A stretch of 64,000 nt of DNA from Haliotis rufescens (GCF_023055435.1 NW_025963779.1:16430001-16494000); one strand, 5' to 3'; positions 52,123 through 64,000 are shown, numbered from the stretch's first letter. The notes: a model not told the origin generated them from the sequence alone. Numbers and translations: made by a program.

Positions 52123-54624
52123 ATGAGCAGAATGGTAAACCGTTTCCTCGTTCTTGCAGTACTGGTTTCGAGTGCCTGTGCAACACGAATCGTTAGTCTG
52201 CCTAAAGGAGTCTTATTTCGGACTGGGACAACTGGAAATGGTAGAATGATGGCATTACCCACCGTAGGACCAATACATCAAGACCACCTAGCTCCAATTC
52301 AAAGAGCTGGAGACACTGTTCCTTCTACTCCGACTGGATCAATGATGGTATCACCAAGCAGAGAATCACGTGTGGTGAGGACAGGAGGTCCAGGGGCAGT
52401 TTCTTCCATTCCCTCCCAGTCTCCTTTACCAACATATTCTACTGGCGCCATTCAACCAATGACCGCAGTACCTTCCACAATGAGTTTCTCTCAGTTATTT
52501 GCTTCTCAACATACTGCCACCAGACCGTCTTTCTTTCATCAAGCTGCAAGTGGTTCATTTCAACCAAGACTATTTCAGCCTCCTGTAACAGGTCCGTATC
52601 AACCACCTGCCTTCCCACCACCTGTAACCGCTTCGTTTCATCCAACATTCTTTCAACCATCAGTATCTGGTTCGATTCAACCAGCGGCCTTCAAACAACC
52701 TGCGTCCGGTTCTTTTCAACCAGATTTTTTTCCATTTGTATTTGGTTCCTTTCAACCAACCATCTACCAACCAGCAGTACCTGGCTTATTGCAACTAGCT
52801 ACTCAACCAACTGGGACTGGCTTGTTTCAACCATTTACTGAACCAAATACAACCCCAAACATGTTTCAGCCTGTGACTCCGGCACTAACCTTAAGTGGAT
52901 CGTTACCTCAAACCAGTATTTGGCCCTGGAATCCTGCACCAAATCTACCTCTATCACCTGTCACTGGAATCGAGTTTCCGAAACAAACGCTTCTGACGAG
53001 CCTTAATCCACGCACTGGACGACTAGATATGACCCAACAACTCGGCCTATTCCCGCAACCGATCAAGATGGATCAGTTTCAACTGCAACATCCATATGTC
53101 CTGCTGCAACCAATGAACTCAGTACAAAATATTCAGACCAAGTTAACAAATCCTACCAAACAGCTAATCCTACCTGAACCTAGTTTTCCCCTAACCACAG
53201 CTGATCTATTTGAACCGAAAACCCCATCTGATTCAACACTGACAGTAGTCAATGCAACAGCACTTACCCCTTCTAACCCTGTACACCCTTCTTTAACTAA
53301 CCCATTTCAACCTGACACTGTATTAATCAATTCGTTGCAAACACAGACCCAACTTGGTCAAGTGCAACCAATTAACCCAAACGACAAAGGTCATACAAGA
53401 CTAGCATCTGACCCCAGGCCGACAATGAACACACCAAATCCTAGTAAACCGCAGGCCCCACTTGACAGTGTAATGCCCTCCCCGACAGAAAGTCAGTTTC
53501 AGCCAGCAAACCCGCCTTACCAAGGCTTTACGACGGTCAAAGAAGGCAAATTGCAATCCCAAACTACAAATGGCCAAAGAGGAACTGTTCAACCAAAAAC
53601 TACACTTGACGCTAATGTGCAATGGACGCCATTCGACCCAGTGTACGCACAAACCAAATCAGATTCTTTGCCACCAATAAGTCAGGATCATATCTCATCT
53701 GATCCATTATTGTCACACAACGCTATAGACCTTAGTCATCCACCAAGCCCATCTCTCAAGGGGAAACCTATAATGCAAGAAAACAAAATTCCGTTGCCAC
53801 ACTATAAGGAAAGTATGACTACCGTGGACAGTTTGATACATCAGATCACGTTAAATCAAATTGAGCCATTACATCCTCAATTACATTCTGACCCATTATT
53901 ACATCTAACTAAGGCTGCCCCAAGTCAAATACAAGAGGCATCAGGGCGGCCGCAGCCTAGTTCTTCAAAAGAAGGTCAGTCGCAAATCATTTCTGACTCC
54001 AGACAGATGTTGACTACAAATCAGCTGCAACCACAAAACCCTTTTGATAGTTTGTCTGGCATGTCCATAGCGGACCCAAGTCTACCACAAAGTCCATCTG
54101 ATTCAATCATGTCCATACCCCCATTAAATCAACTTCAACGGCTAGACCCATCTGACCCCTGGTTGACTATCACATATGAAGCACAAAACCCAGCAAAACG
54201 CAAGCAACAGCTCAATTATTTGGACCCTACGCTCCCTGTGACCAATTTAGAACCACTAAAGCCTATTATCACATCTGACCCTGGACCACTAGCAACCATG
54301 GCAGGATCACACCAGCCATCAAACACGTCTGACACGTCTTCATCTATGAACTCAATCAACCAAGCTCTTACGCAAATCGCATCTGAACCTGGACCAAATA
54401 TGACTACGTCGAACACACAAGATCCCCTTTCACCTGTGCCAGACTTGACCATAACATATCCGAGCCAAGTACAAAACCCGTCAGCACCTACGAACTCGAA
54501 CAATCCACAAATCCCCGGTGACTGGCTAACTGCACTTAATAGACGAACACCACAATATTGGATCAATCAAATACCAACTACACACTCTAATGCTCCACAA
54601 GGAATCCAGAGCGGCCCTGTATAG
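52123..54624 (+). CDS. Secreted Pro/Gln/Thr/Ser-rich (mucin- or matrix-like) protein, 833 aa
   Basis: Acceptor TTTCAG ends at 52117 and ATG is at 52123. Signal peptide MSRMVNRFLVLAVLVSSACA. The open frame is 2.5 kb, with 13-aa GSFQP repeats and SDP motifs. AATAAA at 55045. Confidence 0.88.
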   Translation: MSRMVNRFLVLAVLVSSACATRIVSLPKGVLFRTGTTGNGRMMALPTVGPIHQDHLAPIQRAGDTVPSTPTGSMMVSPSRESRVVRTGGPGAVSSIPSQSPLPTYSTGAIQPMTAVPSTMSFSQLFASQHTATRPSFFHQAASGSFQPRLFQPPVTGPYQPPAFPPPVTASFHPTFFQPSVSGSIQPAAFKQPASGSFQPDFFPFVFGSFQPTIYQPAVPGLLQLATQPTGTGLFQPFTEPNTTPNMFQPVTPALTLSGSLPQTSIWPWNPAPNLPLSPVTGIEFPKQTLLTSLNPRTGRLDMTQQLGLFPQPIKMDQFQLQHPYVLLQPMNSVQNIQTKLTNPTKQLILPEPSFPLTTADLFEPKTPSDSTLTVVNATALTPSNPVHPSLTNPFQPDTVLINSLQTQTQLGQVQPINPNDKGHTRLASDPRPTMNTPNPSKPQAPLDSVMPSPTESQFQPANPPYQGFTTVKEGKLQSQTTNGQRGTVQPKTTLDANVQWTPFDPVYAQTKSDSLPPISQDHISSDPLLSHNAIDLSHPPSPSLKGKPIMQENKIPLPHYKESMTTVDSLIHQITLNQIEPLHPQLHSDPLLHLTKAAPSQIQEASGRPQPSSSKEGQSQIISDSRQMLTTNQLQPQNPFDSLSGMSIADPSLPQSPSDSIMSIPPLNQLQRLDPSDPWLTITYEAQNPAKRKQQLNYLDPTLPVTNLEPLKPIITSDPGPLATMAGSHQPSNTSDTSSSMNSINQALTQIASEPGPNMTTSNTQDPLSPVPDLTITYPSQVQNPSAPTNSNNPQIPGDWLTALNRRTPQYWINQIPTTHSNAPQGIQSGPV

Positions 54625-55407
54625 TCAAACTCTGTAAGTTTCAGTTGTCTCACAATCTTAAAAATATATCAGATCAAAACTTAAAAACAAGAATAATTCG
54701 ACCCATGAAAGGGTATCTTTACATAATCAATCCCAGGAACTGGGCGTACTGGATGTTTAAAAAAATAATGTGTTTTGGGTCAGAAAGAAATTGTTTGACC
54801 CTTGGTATGCCTTGGTGCGCTGACTAAACAAATATACTGTCTCAAACAAACAAACAAACAAAATCCAAGCCAGAATATGAAATGTCTTGTTCCTCATTCA
54901 TTGTTCTTAAATTTTATTTTTTTCTCTGCAGATTACATTGATGGGAAACAAGTGGAAGAACCTTTGCATAATCCCACAACCGTTCATTACCATAAGTATG
55001 TACTGTTCAATAGTGTATTGTGGATTATCGTCAATCTGGGCAGTAATAAATACGTGTAATAAATGTGTAATGTATTGGCATATCCCTATTTGTAAAACAA
55101 ATCTAATTTTCAGTGTAATAAAACTTGTTTGTCTTAATACATTATATTTGTATTATTTGTTTATTTTTTCTACAAACACTATCTTTGAGTGGCATTGATA
55201 AGCTACACTGGTATCAAATTGAATGATGAAAGGGTCGATTTTAGATGTCCATTGTTTTCTTCTCGGCTCTATAGGCTTCTGTTGTCTGTGTCAGGTCATG
55301 CATTTCATAAGATAAACAAGACTCGAAAGCTGTCATATCATACCACATAGAGCAACAGCTGTGTCACAAGTTCCAGTGGACCAGTCCTACCATCTTCATC
55401 TAAACCT

Positions 55408-55760
55408 GGACCGCCTCCGTGGTCTAGTGGTAGAGCGTCCGCCATGAGAGAGGAAGGTCCGGGGTTCGATCCCCGACCACGTCAAACCAAAAGACGTTAA
55501 AAGATGGTACTTGTTGTTACCCTGTCCGGCGCTCGGCATTAAGGGGCTCAAACAAGGACTGGTCGGCTCGGAGTCAGTATACTGTGTCTGAGTGGGGTAT
55601 TCATGTTAAACTGCGGTATGGTATCTCAGTGAGCTAGCACTATAAATCGGCATCAGTCCGGACTAGTACAAGCAGACACACAAACACACACACGTACATG
55701 CACGTCGATATAAGAGTGCAATAACCTTGGACGCGACGTTAAACCCAATTGCACCTCACC
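55408..55760 (+). mobile_element. Family B SINE, full length
   Basis: A-box TGGTCTAGTGG and B-box GGTTCGATCCC. Imperfect target-site duplication TCATCT(T)AAACCT on both sides. Confidence 0.88.
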
Positions 55761-58700
55761 TCATCTTAAACCTCACACTGCGAGTAGACTAACAAAACCT
55801 GTTCACATCAAATTAGCAATGACATGCATCATCGAGACCAGGTACTTCACCCACCGGCCTACGATCAGTGGAGACGATAGTTCGACGCATCGGTGACATA
55901 AATTATGGCTTACACAATTTCTTATTTTGGCTTGCACCATATGTTCCCGTTTCTTGTGTTTCAGACGAACAATTGACTTGCCTTTACGTGTGTTTGGACG
56001 GGTGCCACTTGTGGGGCAGATACGCTTACTGGTATCAGCACGTTTCGATAGTGATTCATGAACAAATTTGTATGATACAGTCGGAATCCTACAATGGACT
56101 TTGTTTAATCTTTTGATCGTAGAAGGTCTTCTGTCGCTTTTATTTAAAGCATATTTCCGGGCCCTAACAATGTCCATGCGGGCCCCGTCCATTCGGTTGA
56201 TTGAGAAGACTGATTGCCCTGATTTTCAGAATATTCTTTGATTCTCTGTCAAACTTCGTTGTCGATCATCAGCTTGCTTATTCTCGCTTGGGATCGTTTT
56301 ACTTTTATTTATGATGATTATCCGAATGCCGTTGGCCACACCACTGACTCATGTCCGCAAGATGTAGTTTCTTTACCAACGGTTGATGTATTATGGCTCG
56401 TTATCAAGGGTTCAATCACATCGTGATAGTGAATGGTTATTTACAGAAATCACGAATGTAGTACTTGTTTGGTTTGTTGAAATTAATCGTTTGGTTGTTG
56501 AGAATTAAGTATTAATTTGCTCTGACGGACATAACCCTTAACAGTTCGGTATTGTAGCAGATAACAGAGCAAAATGCAATTGATATCTATATCTAATTTT
56601 TATGTATTAAATATGAAGGTGATAGGAATAATTATGAAGTTAATTTGAATCTGTTCGGGTTCTAAGTTCTGTTCATGTAGAACGCAGTAACAGAGTACTG
56701 ATACATGGAACATGCACCTTTCATATATATTATCAACTTAAAATATACAAACAATTGAAAAGGGATTGTATATGATAGAATCTTTTCCATTTTCAACAAG
56801 GAAGCCTTGACGAGTTACTCTTGTCAGAGGGGTACACAAAGTACGTGACTCTAGTCTACAAGTCGGACTTTTTGTTGATCGATGCTCATGATGTCAATCA
56901 CTGAATTATCTGGTTCATACTCGATTATTCACAGACTGCCGTCATATAGCTGGAATATTGCTGAGTGATGTGTTAAAAAACAAACAAACAATCATAACTC
57001 ATTGAACGATTCCGATTATATCCCCGTTGTTTATTATCATGAATCAATATCAAAAAGTGATTAAACCATGTGTTTACGAAAAGGTGAGCTGTCCCATCAG
57101 TGGCACCCATCGCACACACATTAAAAGATATGTCAATTGTACATCTGAATAAAACACGGAGACATAGCGTCGAATTCATCGGACATCATTTTAGTCACTG
57201 ATGCATCAAGTTGTAAACATCCTCCACGTGTCTATCATAACACTTTTTAATAGCTTTTTTATTATATTACTGAGACTTTGAAACCCTAATCAAACATCTT
57301 TTGAGCAAGAGTGGTACCACGCTCTTGAAATTTTAGTAGAAAGAACATGCTCGAGTTTACCTTAAAACGTTGTGAAATGCAGATACCAAAGGCTGTAGCT
57401 GCTGGATTATTACAGCAGGGGAAAGTTGACTATTGGAAAGCTAGGGTCATCCCTCTTGTTACACAGACAGGTAGATAGTTTGTTGTCACTCTATGCACAG
57501 ATCTTCATATGAAACAGATGAGGCGGTCTCATTTTTCTCTTGTATTTCTAGTTCACGTTGGTAAATCAGTGCATGGGAATGAGCTATATGACCATTGCCG
57601 ACACCAATATATCCTAATTCTTATCTGAACGTCCTATCCCCAAATTTAACTTAGATGTTATCTATGATTCGGTTGGTTGGTTTGTTGTTTTACGCCGCAC
57701 TCAGCAATGTTCCAGCTATATTACGGCGGTCGCCTTTTACAGCATTGGTTGCTGAAGACCTATTCTTCCCCGGATCTTTACGGCGAATTCAAGTTTGAAA
57801 AAACTGTTTTAGTGTGAAAAAACTATTTTAGGGTCTCAATGAAAGGGTTTGTATATGACTGAACAGGTTTAGTGTTTATTTATGTTATCTCATTGTGAGG
57901 TAAGGCGTGCATATGCATCACATAATACAACGCATCAGTATCAAAATACAAGCAAATTAGGAAAGAAGCTTAAGCAGGATACATTTGTCCAAAACTAAAA
58001 AAGAGTTCCCCTACTTTTGATGTTGTGTCATGCCTTGAGGGTCATACCAGGACCCTATTTACTGTATGTATCTATTGTATTGTAGAAATGACAGGTATAT
58101 TGAACACTTTGTCTTAAAGTAGGCTATCGTTTATCGCCATATAATGAAAGGTTATTGCTTACTATGTCGCTTCCACATGATGTGACACTACCTTTTCAAT
58201 CATGCCTTGAGCTACAAAGTGCTCACACAATAAGTTTATGTTATATTTAATCATCATGAATCATGTAAGCACATAACAACTGTCACGCACACATATTTTT
58301 CCATTATGTTTCAAATGGAAGACTGACGTAAGGTAAGGTTTACTGCTGAGTGTACTTCATGAAGTATTCTTTATGTTGCTATTTAGAACAGTACTGGAGA
58401 AACCATTCTCATTTGCTTCTCCCACTCTTTTGAACTCACTACCTCTCTTCATCATATAGTCAACTAACTCTGACACCTTCCGTTCTTTAAAGATTTGCAA
58501 TAGACTCCTCACAGCGCCGCTGTGCTGCTTTTTAAGTTGAAAGTCAATTTAATTAAATTATGTATTTATTCACTGCATACAGATTAATAAATGCAGCAAA
58601 GAGGGTTTGAGTGATCCGGCCACAATCGGGCTGGTTTTGCTCATCATCAGCTCAGGGTCATTGGCCCCTCTACACGCAGCCCAGACGGCGAAGTGGACAT

Positions 58701-58859
58701 CTCACAGGACGCGCTGCCTTGTCGAACACATCCAGAACTTTCCGGAGAATGTGTGAAGAGACACAAACACTTCAGCCTTCTGCATTACCGTGATTGTCAG
58801 AAGGGCTCTATTCCTGGCAGCAAACCCGGGTACTTTCCCAATGTCAATCAACAGTTCGT

Positions 58860-59540
58860 ACCAATCCAAAGGAACCGAAAAGAATGGGGAATCGGACAAC
58901 TTGGTACTTGGGATCAAGCGTGACATTTCGAAAGTGAGGTCCGCATGTTTGCCATGTTTATCCTGAATCTTGTCAATCACAATTAATGTCAACAAGGACA
59001 GACAATTCAATGATATAATTGATTTCGTTGGATTCACCAAAAAGGACAAGATCAGGTTTGTTGGCCTGTTTTATCTGAGGCTGCATCCAAAGAATTTTAT
59101 TTTTATCATTTTTCATGACGCCCTCCACATATTCTTGGTCGTACCACGGATGGACCTCTGTGTCAAAACCACAAGTATGGCGAAGACGGTAATAAAAGGA
59201 TCGAGCCACTCCACGCTTAAGATACTGTGTTTGTGCCAAAGCTGGGCATCCACTGACAATGTGTTAGGCAGTCTCATTCAATTCATTGCATAATCTACAT
59301 TTAATATTTACATTCTGATGCAAAATCACACACTGACAGTTTCGAGCGGGAAGTGACCGGTCCTGCGCAACAAACAGAAAGCCTTCTGTTTCACTTTTAG
59401 GCCAACCGATTTCATCCAAGCGACTCTGCGGAGTTGCTGATCCTCTCAACACACTGCACATATATGCGATGCAGTGGTCGTTCAGATAGCCTCTGCTTGA
59501 AAAACGGAGTCTGGCCATATTTCAACATAATCCCCTCCGA
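58860..59540 (-). mobile_element. Second R4/Dong-like 3' fragment, inverted relative to 48880-49560
   Basis: SETEGFLFVAQDRSLP..CRLCNE; KILW..ANKPDLVL..IIELSV; KHADLTFEMSRL. Confidence 0.75.
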
Positions 59541-60723
59541 GGTCAACACGCTTTTGCCAACGATGTCAAAGTGGATCCCATTGGTGTAAAAAGAAGGCTT
59601 CCAGCCCAGCCTCCGAAACTCCTGACTGTTCACTTCACTATGTATACTGGTTAATTTTTTAAACGTACCGCATTCACATGACATCCCAGGCAGACTTGGT
59701 TGAAATCGGGTTGCAAATGAAAGACAATCCTTACGCATAGATACGTAAAATTGCGCAATAACATTTTGGCACTGGACCTTCTGTTATGCAAGTAAATGAT
59801 AAATAGAATCAGGAAATCTGCATCTGTGGACAGGAACATTCATAGCTGTCGTTGATCAGAAATTATTCATATGTCGCTTTGTCACAATCCCGATGTTTGG
59901 ATTCAAGGACTTTTTTCTCTTGTTGTAAAGTGCAATAATAAGTAGTATATAATTTAAACAAGGTTATTTACAGTCCATTTGGCTCCTAATGAGAACGATG
60001 AATTTCAAACTAATTAAAAATCGGGAATAGTCTATTAAATGTCAACGTACATGGCAATGAATACCCTGTACCCAACAATATCTGCTTCTTGTTATTTTTA
60101 TTGTTTCAGAAACTATCATGTTGTTATGTGAACAAGTTGAACGGAGGGGGACACATTAGTGGGAGGAACAGCACAAACACACACGTGCTAAACAACGGTA
60201 CAGGGAGTGACAACATTAAAGGGGTCCGTTCATGATAATTTTAATCGCGATCTGACTCGCTCATGTCACGGCCCTTGTCGGAATTACTTGTGTCACTGCT
60301 AATGGTCACAACTATAGGTGGGACTGTTGCTTGCTGAAGTCCATCACGTGACCAGTATCTTGACTCTATCTCATTGACGACTTTGGTAACACAACGGGTT
60401 ATAGAGAAAACGGCCGCTGGTCAATTTGAGAGAACGACCGCTGCGTTAGAGAAAACTTCTGGCTTCAATTAAATTGCCTTGATCTTTATTCAGAAATATT
60501 TTAATCCTTCATTAATTGAGATCTCATCTTGATTATCTCCTTTCATAAAACAACAAGTATTTATACATTGATTGGAAACCATTTTGTAGTGAGTCTTTTC
60601 TATAAAGATCCTGTTTTATTCAGTCTCTCAAAACAACATTGAAACAACATTAAAACAACATCAAAGCCCAGTGTACAAATCATTAAGTGTCATATCATTC
60701 ACTTAATGTTACTTCATCATATT

Positions 60724-61510
60724 TCAGCAAAAATCTACAAGAAATAAAGACAAGAGAATGTTTTCTCTAAATATATAGGACGTTTTCTCTAATTGACCAG
60801 CGGGCGTTTTCACGGGCGGACGTTTTCTACAGTTCCCAACGCAACGTTGCCATGTCTGCCATGTTACCCGGCCAAAGGATTCATTTATTAGCTTTTCAAC
60901 ACCCCGCAATTTAAACGTTGTGTTCAATCGTCCAACGTCACCTTTGGCGATACCCCACATCAACTCTTTTGGGTTCAGATCGCAGTGGAAATGGGGAAGT
61001 CGTAAGACGGCGTTACCTTGACCTTTGATGTGATTGTCAACCATATATACGGGCTCAGATTTGATGATTTCATAGAGTTGTTGTTTTGTAGCCTTGGAAG
61101 GAAAGGTCATATTAATCCGTTGCAGCCACGTCACCAAATCTCCTTTAAGGCTATTAGACATTGGGGCATTGCTGTCTGGATCCTGCATACTGTGATACGG
61201 TTCATTGTCCATGATACTAAGGGACTTGGCAGGAAAATCAGGGACCAATTTATTTTTCACCCACTCCAGAAACACCTTGCCGTTCATTTCTGTGTGGTAG
61301 TCCCTGTTGTCCTTGGCCTTGTCTCGAAAGACGAGGTCACAACCTGGGAGGAAAGCCTGACTAGCACAGCCAGCATGGAGAACGATAAGTTTTTCACCTT
61401 TTGCCATTGGTAACTTTCTCCCAGACTAATTACAGTCCCCACTGGGTACCCACCGACTGCTGGCTGTGTGAGAGGCATTGACCCACGTCTAATCTAGGAA
61501 AACGGACTCC
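60724..61510 (-). mobile_element. Decayed IS630-Tc1-mariner transposase with a long D-to-E spacer (DD80E, Sailor-like)
   Basis: LD*TWVN near 61475-61498 (DETWVN with a stop), then LIVLHAG, DYHTEMNG, IMDNEPYHS and VLRLPHFHCDLNPKELMW. Manual count gives 80 residues between the second D and the E. Confidence 0.8.
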
Positions 61511-62019
61511 TGTCATTCTTAACGTCTCCGCTTGATGGTTCGAGGATCTTTTGGTATCTACATTCAAATGTATGTGAAAGTCGCCATAGCTTGTATTTTG
61601 AAACAATTCATATTCATGTTCATATTCAAGGTATTTCTTGAAATCATACAATCGACTCTGCTGTTAGCTGATTTTTCCTGTGAATATGGAAAGGGTTTTG
61701 TCGCTTTTATTTTATTCAAGAGTCTTAGAGGCATATACATATATCATTTTCTGAATGCAGTTTACCAATTGCACGTCTGACGTGATTTTTGTTTCTCAAA
61801 AACTGTCTAAGTTATCCCCTCTACATGGTTTTGATATGTTCCCGTCGATGGACAACAGTTTCTGCCACGTTGTAACTTAATGGTCCAGTGATTTTAGTGT
61901 TTACAGTCGCTTTCGTAATTAACCTATCACTGAAATCAATTTATCGATGTCAGAACTTTTATCAAGTTGAACCAGATCTTAACCATTAACCTTTTTCCGT
62001 TTAGGACAAACATTTCACA

Positions 62020-63141
62020 ATGGGTCCTGTCCTCTTTACTCTATGGCTCTTTCTGATGACGTTGTTGCCATGCCCCATGACCATGTTTCATGCAACTGAT
62101 CAACAAAGAAACTGCACATTTTGCGCTCCCCTTCCACCTCAGGAATGGTTAGGTATTGAGGATAACAGAGGACTGATGAGAAGCAACATATTACCAAGAC
62201 AAACTCAATGGGTTCAATATGTAAACAGAGCCAACCAGAAACCCCGACGTGTGCACCGTCAAACTGGATTTATAAGAGGAACAGAAATACCGAAAGTCCA
62301 GAAGAGACCCTTTGTTACCAATGGGAAATTTGTTTCCAGACTGGTCAACCCTTCGCGTTCTGTATCCAGTGGTATCGTAAATAGTATCACAAATCCAAGG
62401 AATCGTTTTAGTTTTAGAAACCAAGCCCGATCTAAAACTCAAAAGAAGGCAGTGCCAAAAAATATTCTGAACCGAATTTCAGATCTTATCAATCCCCGCA
62501 GAAGACAGTCAATACATTCTCAGCCATCAAACCGTCGAGGTATTCAACGCAAGACCAAATCCCAAAACATCCGTACCTCAATTTCAGACCTTATCAATCC
62601 CCGCAGAAGACAGTCAAGACCTTCTCAGCCACCAAACCTTCGAGGTATTCAACGCAAGACCAAATCCCAAAACATCCTAAACTCAATTTCAGACCTTATC
62701 AATCCCCGCAGAAGACTGCTAAGACCTTCTCAGCCACCAAACCTTCGTGGTATTCAACGCAAGACCGAATCTAAACACAATCGAAAATCAATTTCAAATC
62801 GTGCTAATCAATACAGAGGGCAGTCGATGCCTTCTCTGCCAGGATACGTTCGTGGTATTCAACGCAAAACCGGGTCCAATAACATCCGACAACCAATTCC
62901 AAATCGTGCTAATCCACGCAGAAGACAGTCAAGACCTTCTCAACCAGCATACCTCCGTAGTATTCAACGCAAGACTAAGTCCAAAAACATCCGGAAGCCA
63001 ATATCAGATCGTGATTATCCACACAGAGGAGAGTCGATGCCTTCTCTGCAAGGATACGTTCGTGCTATACAAAGTATATCCGTATCCCCAAACAACCGAA
63101 ACTCAATTCAGACCTGTACAATCCACGCCTGGGACATATAA
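62020..63141 (+). CDS. Secreted highly basic Arg/Ser/Asn/Gln-rich protein with about 6 tandem 35-aa repeats, 373 aa
   Basis: Acceptor TTTAG ends at 62004, and the start context is ACAATGG. Hydrophobic leader MGPVLFTLWLFLMTLLPCP. A 105-bp repeat period (62476, 62581, 62686, 62791, 62896, 63001) stays in frame. Confidence 0.85.
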   Translation: MGPVLFTLWLFLMTLLPCPMTMFHATDQQRNCTFCAPLPPQEWLGIEDNRGLMRSNILPRQTQWVQYVNRANQKPRRVHRQTGFIRGTEIPKVQKRPFVTNGKFVSRLVNPSRSVSSGIVNSITNPRNRFSFRNQARSKTQKKAVPKNILNRISDLINPRRRQSIHSQPSNRRGIQRKTKSQNIRTSISDLINPRRRQSRPSQPPNLRGIQRKTKSQNILNSISDLINPRRRLLRPSQPPNLRGIQRKTESKHNRKSISNRANQYRGQSMPSLPGYVRGIQRKTGSNNIRQPIPNRANPRRRQSRPSQPAYLRSIQRKTKSKNIRKPISDRDYPHRGESMPSLQGYVRAIQSISVSPNNRNSIQTCTIHAWDI

Positions 63142-64000
63142 GACCCCAAACAGGACATCCTCATACAAGTCAGCCCAGAGCTGCTTTACCTTGGTGAGCA
63201 TGTTAAATATTACATCTTATGTTGACTCCATTAGATAGAGCTATCACAACATGTTGTTGGCGTAAGTATTTACAGAATAGCCGTTCCACAAAGCGACTGT
63301 AGCGCTAGAATGATCGTAACTCCCATTTTTTTTACGATAGACGTGGCGTCACGATCGCTCTGCGGAACTAGGCCCAGGAGTAACTTCCGAGTCCCAAGAC
63401 ATCTTCCAAGTCAATCTATCGTTAAGGCGACATCACATAAAATTTGCCGTCATGTACAATGGATGACGTCAACGTCAACTATTTGCGAAACTGATTTCAT
63501 ATGACATCACGTTTGGGCTTCTTCGCACACAATGAAAACAATATAACATTATTTACGAACTAGGCAAATTTACTCCATGGACATGAGAAATGGCAATGTT
63601 GTTGTCTCTTTTAGAACGTTCCGTGTTAAACTTCTGTATTTTATTTCTAGTGCAGTGTGGAGATGACCAACTGACCCCGAGAGTCACCCTTGGCGTTATA
63701 GCACTTTCACGGCATAATAACCAGAGTGTAAGTTGGTCAGTTCTATTGTTCACATATCAAATGAGCGGCCTTCATGCTGAGCATTACTGGAAAATTTCAT
63801 TAAGATCTTCACCGTGCCTTACTTCTAGTGGATTGATCAAGCGAAAATTTTAACCTTCTTATCAACTAACATTTGTATCAGCGAGATCCTGCCTGTACAG
63901 ACACGAGGGAAAAAGACAACTCAGCCAAGTCAAGTGATGATCGGAGATAAACGTGTTATTTGACTACAAAAGCCAAGTGATTTTAACAATTGAAAGACAT

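Noticed and set aside
62747-63238. Overlapping 163-aa ORF in another frame
   Set aside because: It is a by-product of the 105-bp tandem repeat and has no ATG start or signal peptide.

Overview
AT-rich eukaryotic (metazoan) DNA with spliceosomal introns. The SINE families and gene content suggest a mollusc, probably a gastropod such as abalone (inference). There is no prokaryotic operon or CRISPR content. (1) A complete 6-exon FAXC-like (metaxin/GST-fold) gene lies at 3225-10883 (+). (2) A head-to-head pair of 5-exon genes lies at 13890-18034 (-) and 19018-22718 (+). Each encodes an SQSTM1/p62-type PB1 domain with no visible ZZ or UBA domain, followed by an Arg/Gly/Trp/Cys-rich tail. They share a mirror-duplicated promoter with TATA, HSE-, CLEAR/E-box-, CRE/AP-1- and Grainyhead-like motifs. 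A stop-containing third copy of the large tail exon sits at 1-1448, fused to a LINE fragment. (3) From 32 to 63.7 kb there are four co-oriented genes for secreted low-complexity repeat proteins: two PKG/NPSDPW paralogs inside a tandem segmental duplication, an 833-aa Pro/Gln/Thr/Ser protein and an Arg-rich 35-aa-repeat protein. All four have one coding exon and a predicted intron just after the stop codon. (4) The rest is many SINEs (several with target-site duplications) and decayed LINE, R4/Dong-like, Penelope-like, DIRS-like, LTR-like and DD80E Tc1/mariner-type remnants. All gene models were built by eye from splice signals and frame continuity, with no expression data or database search.
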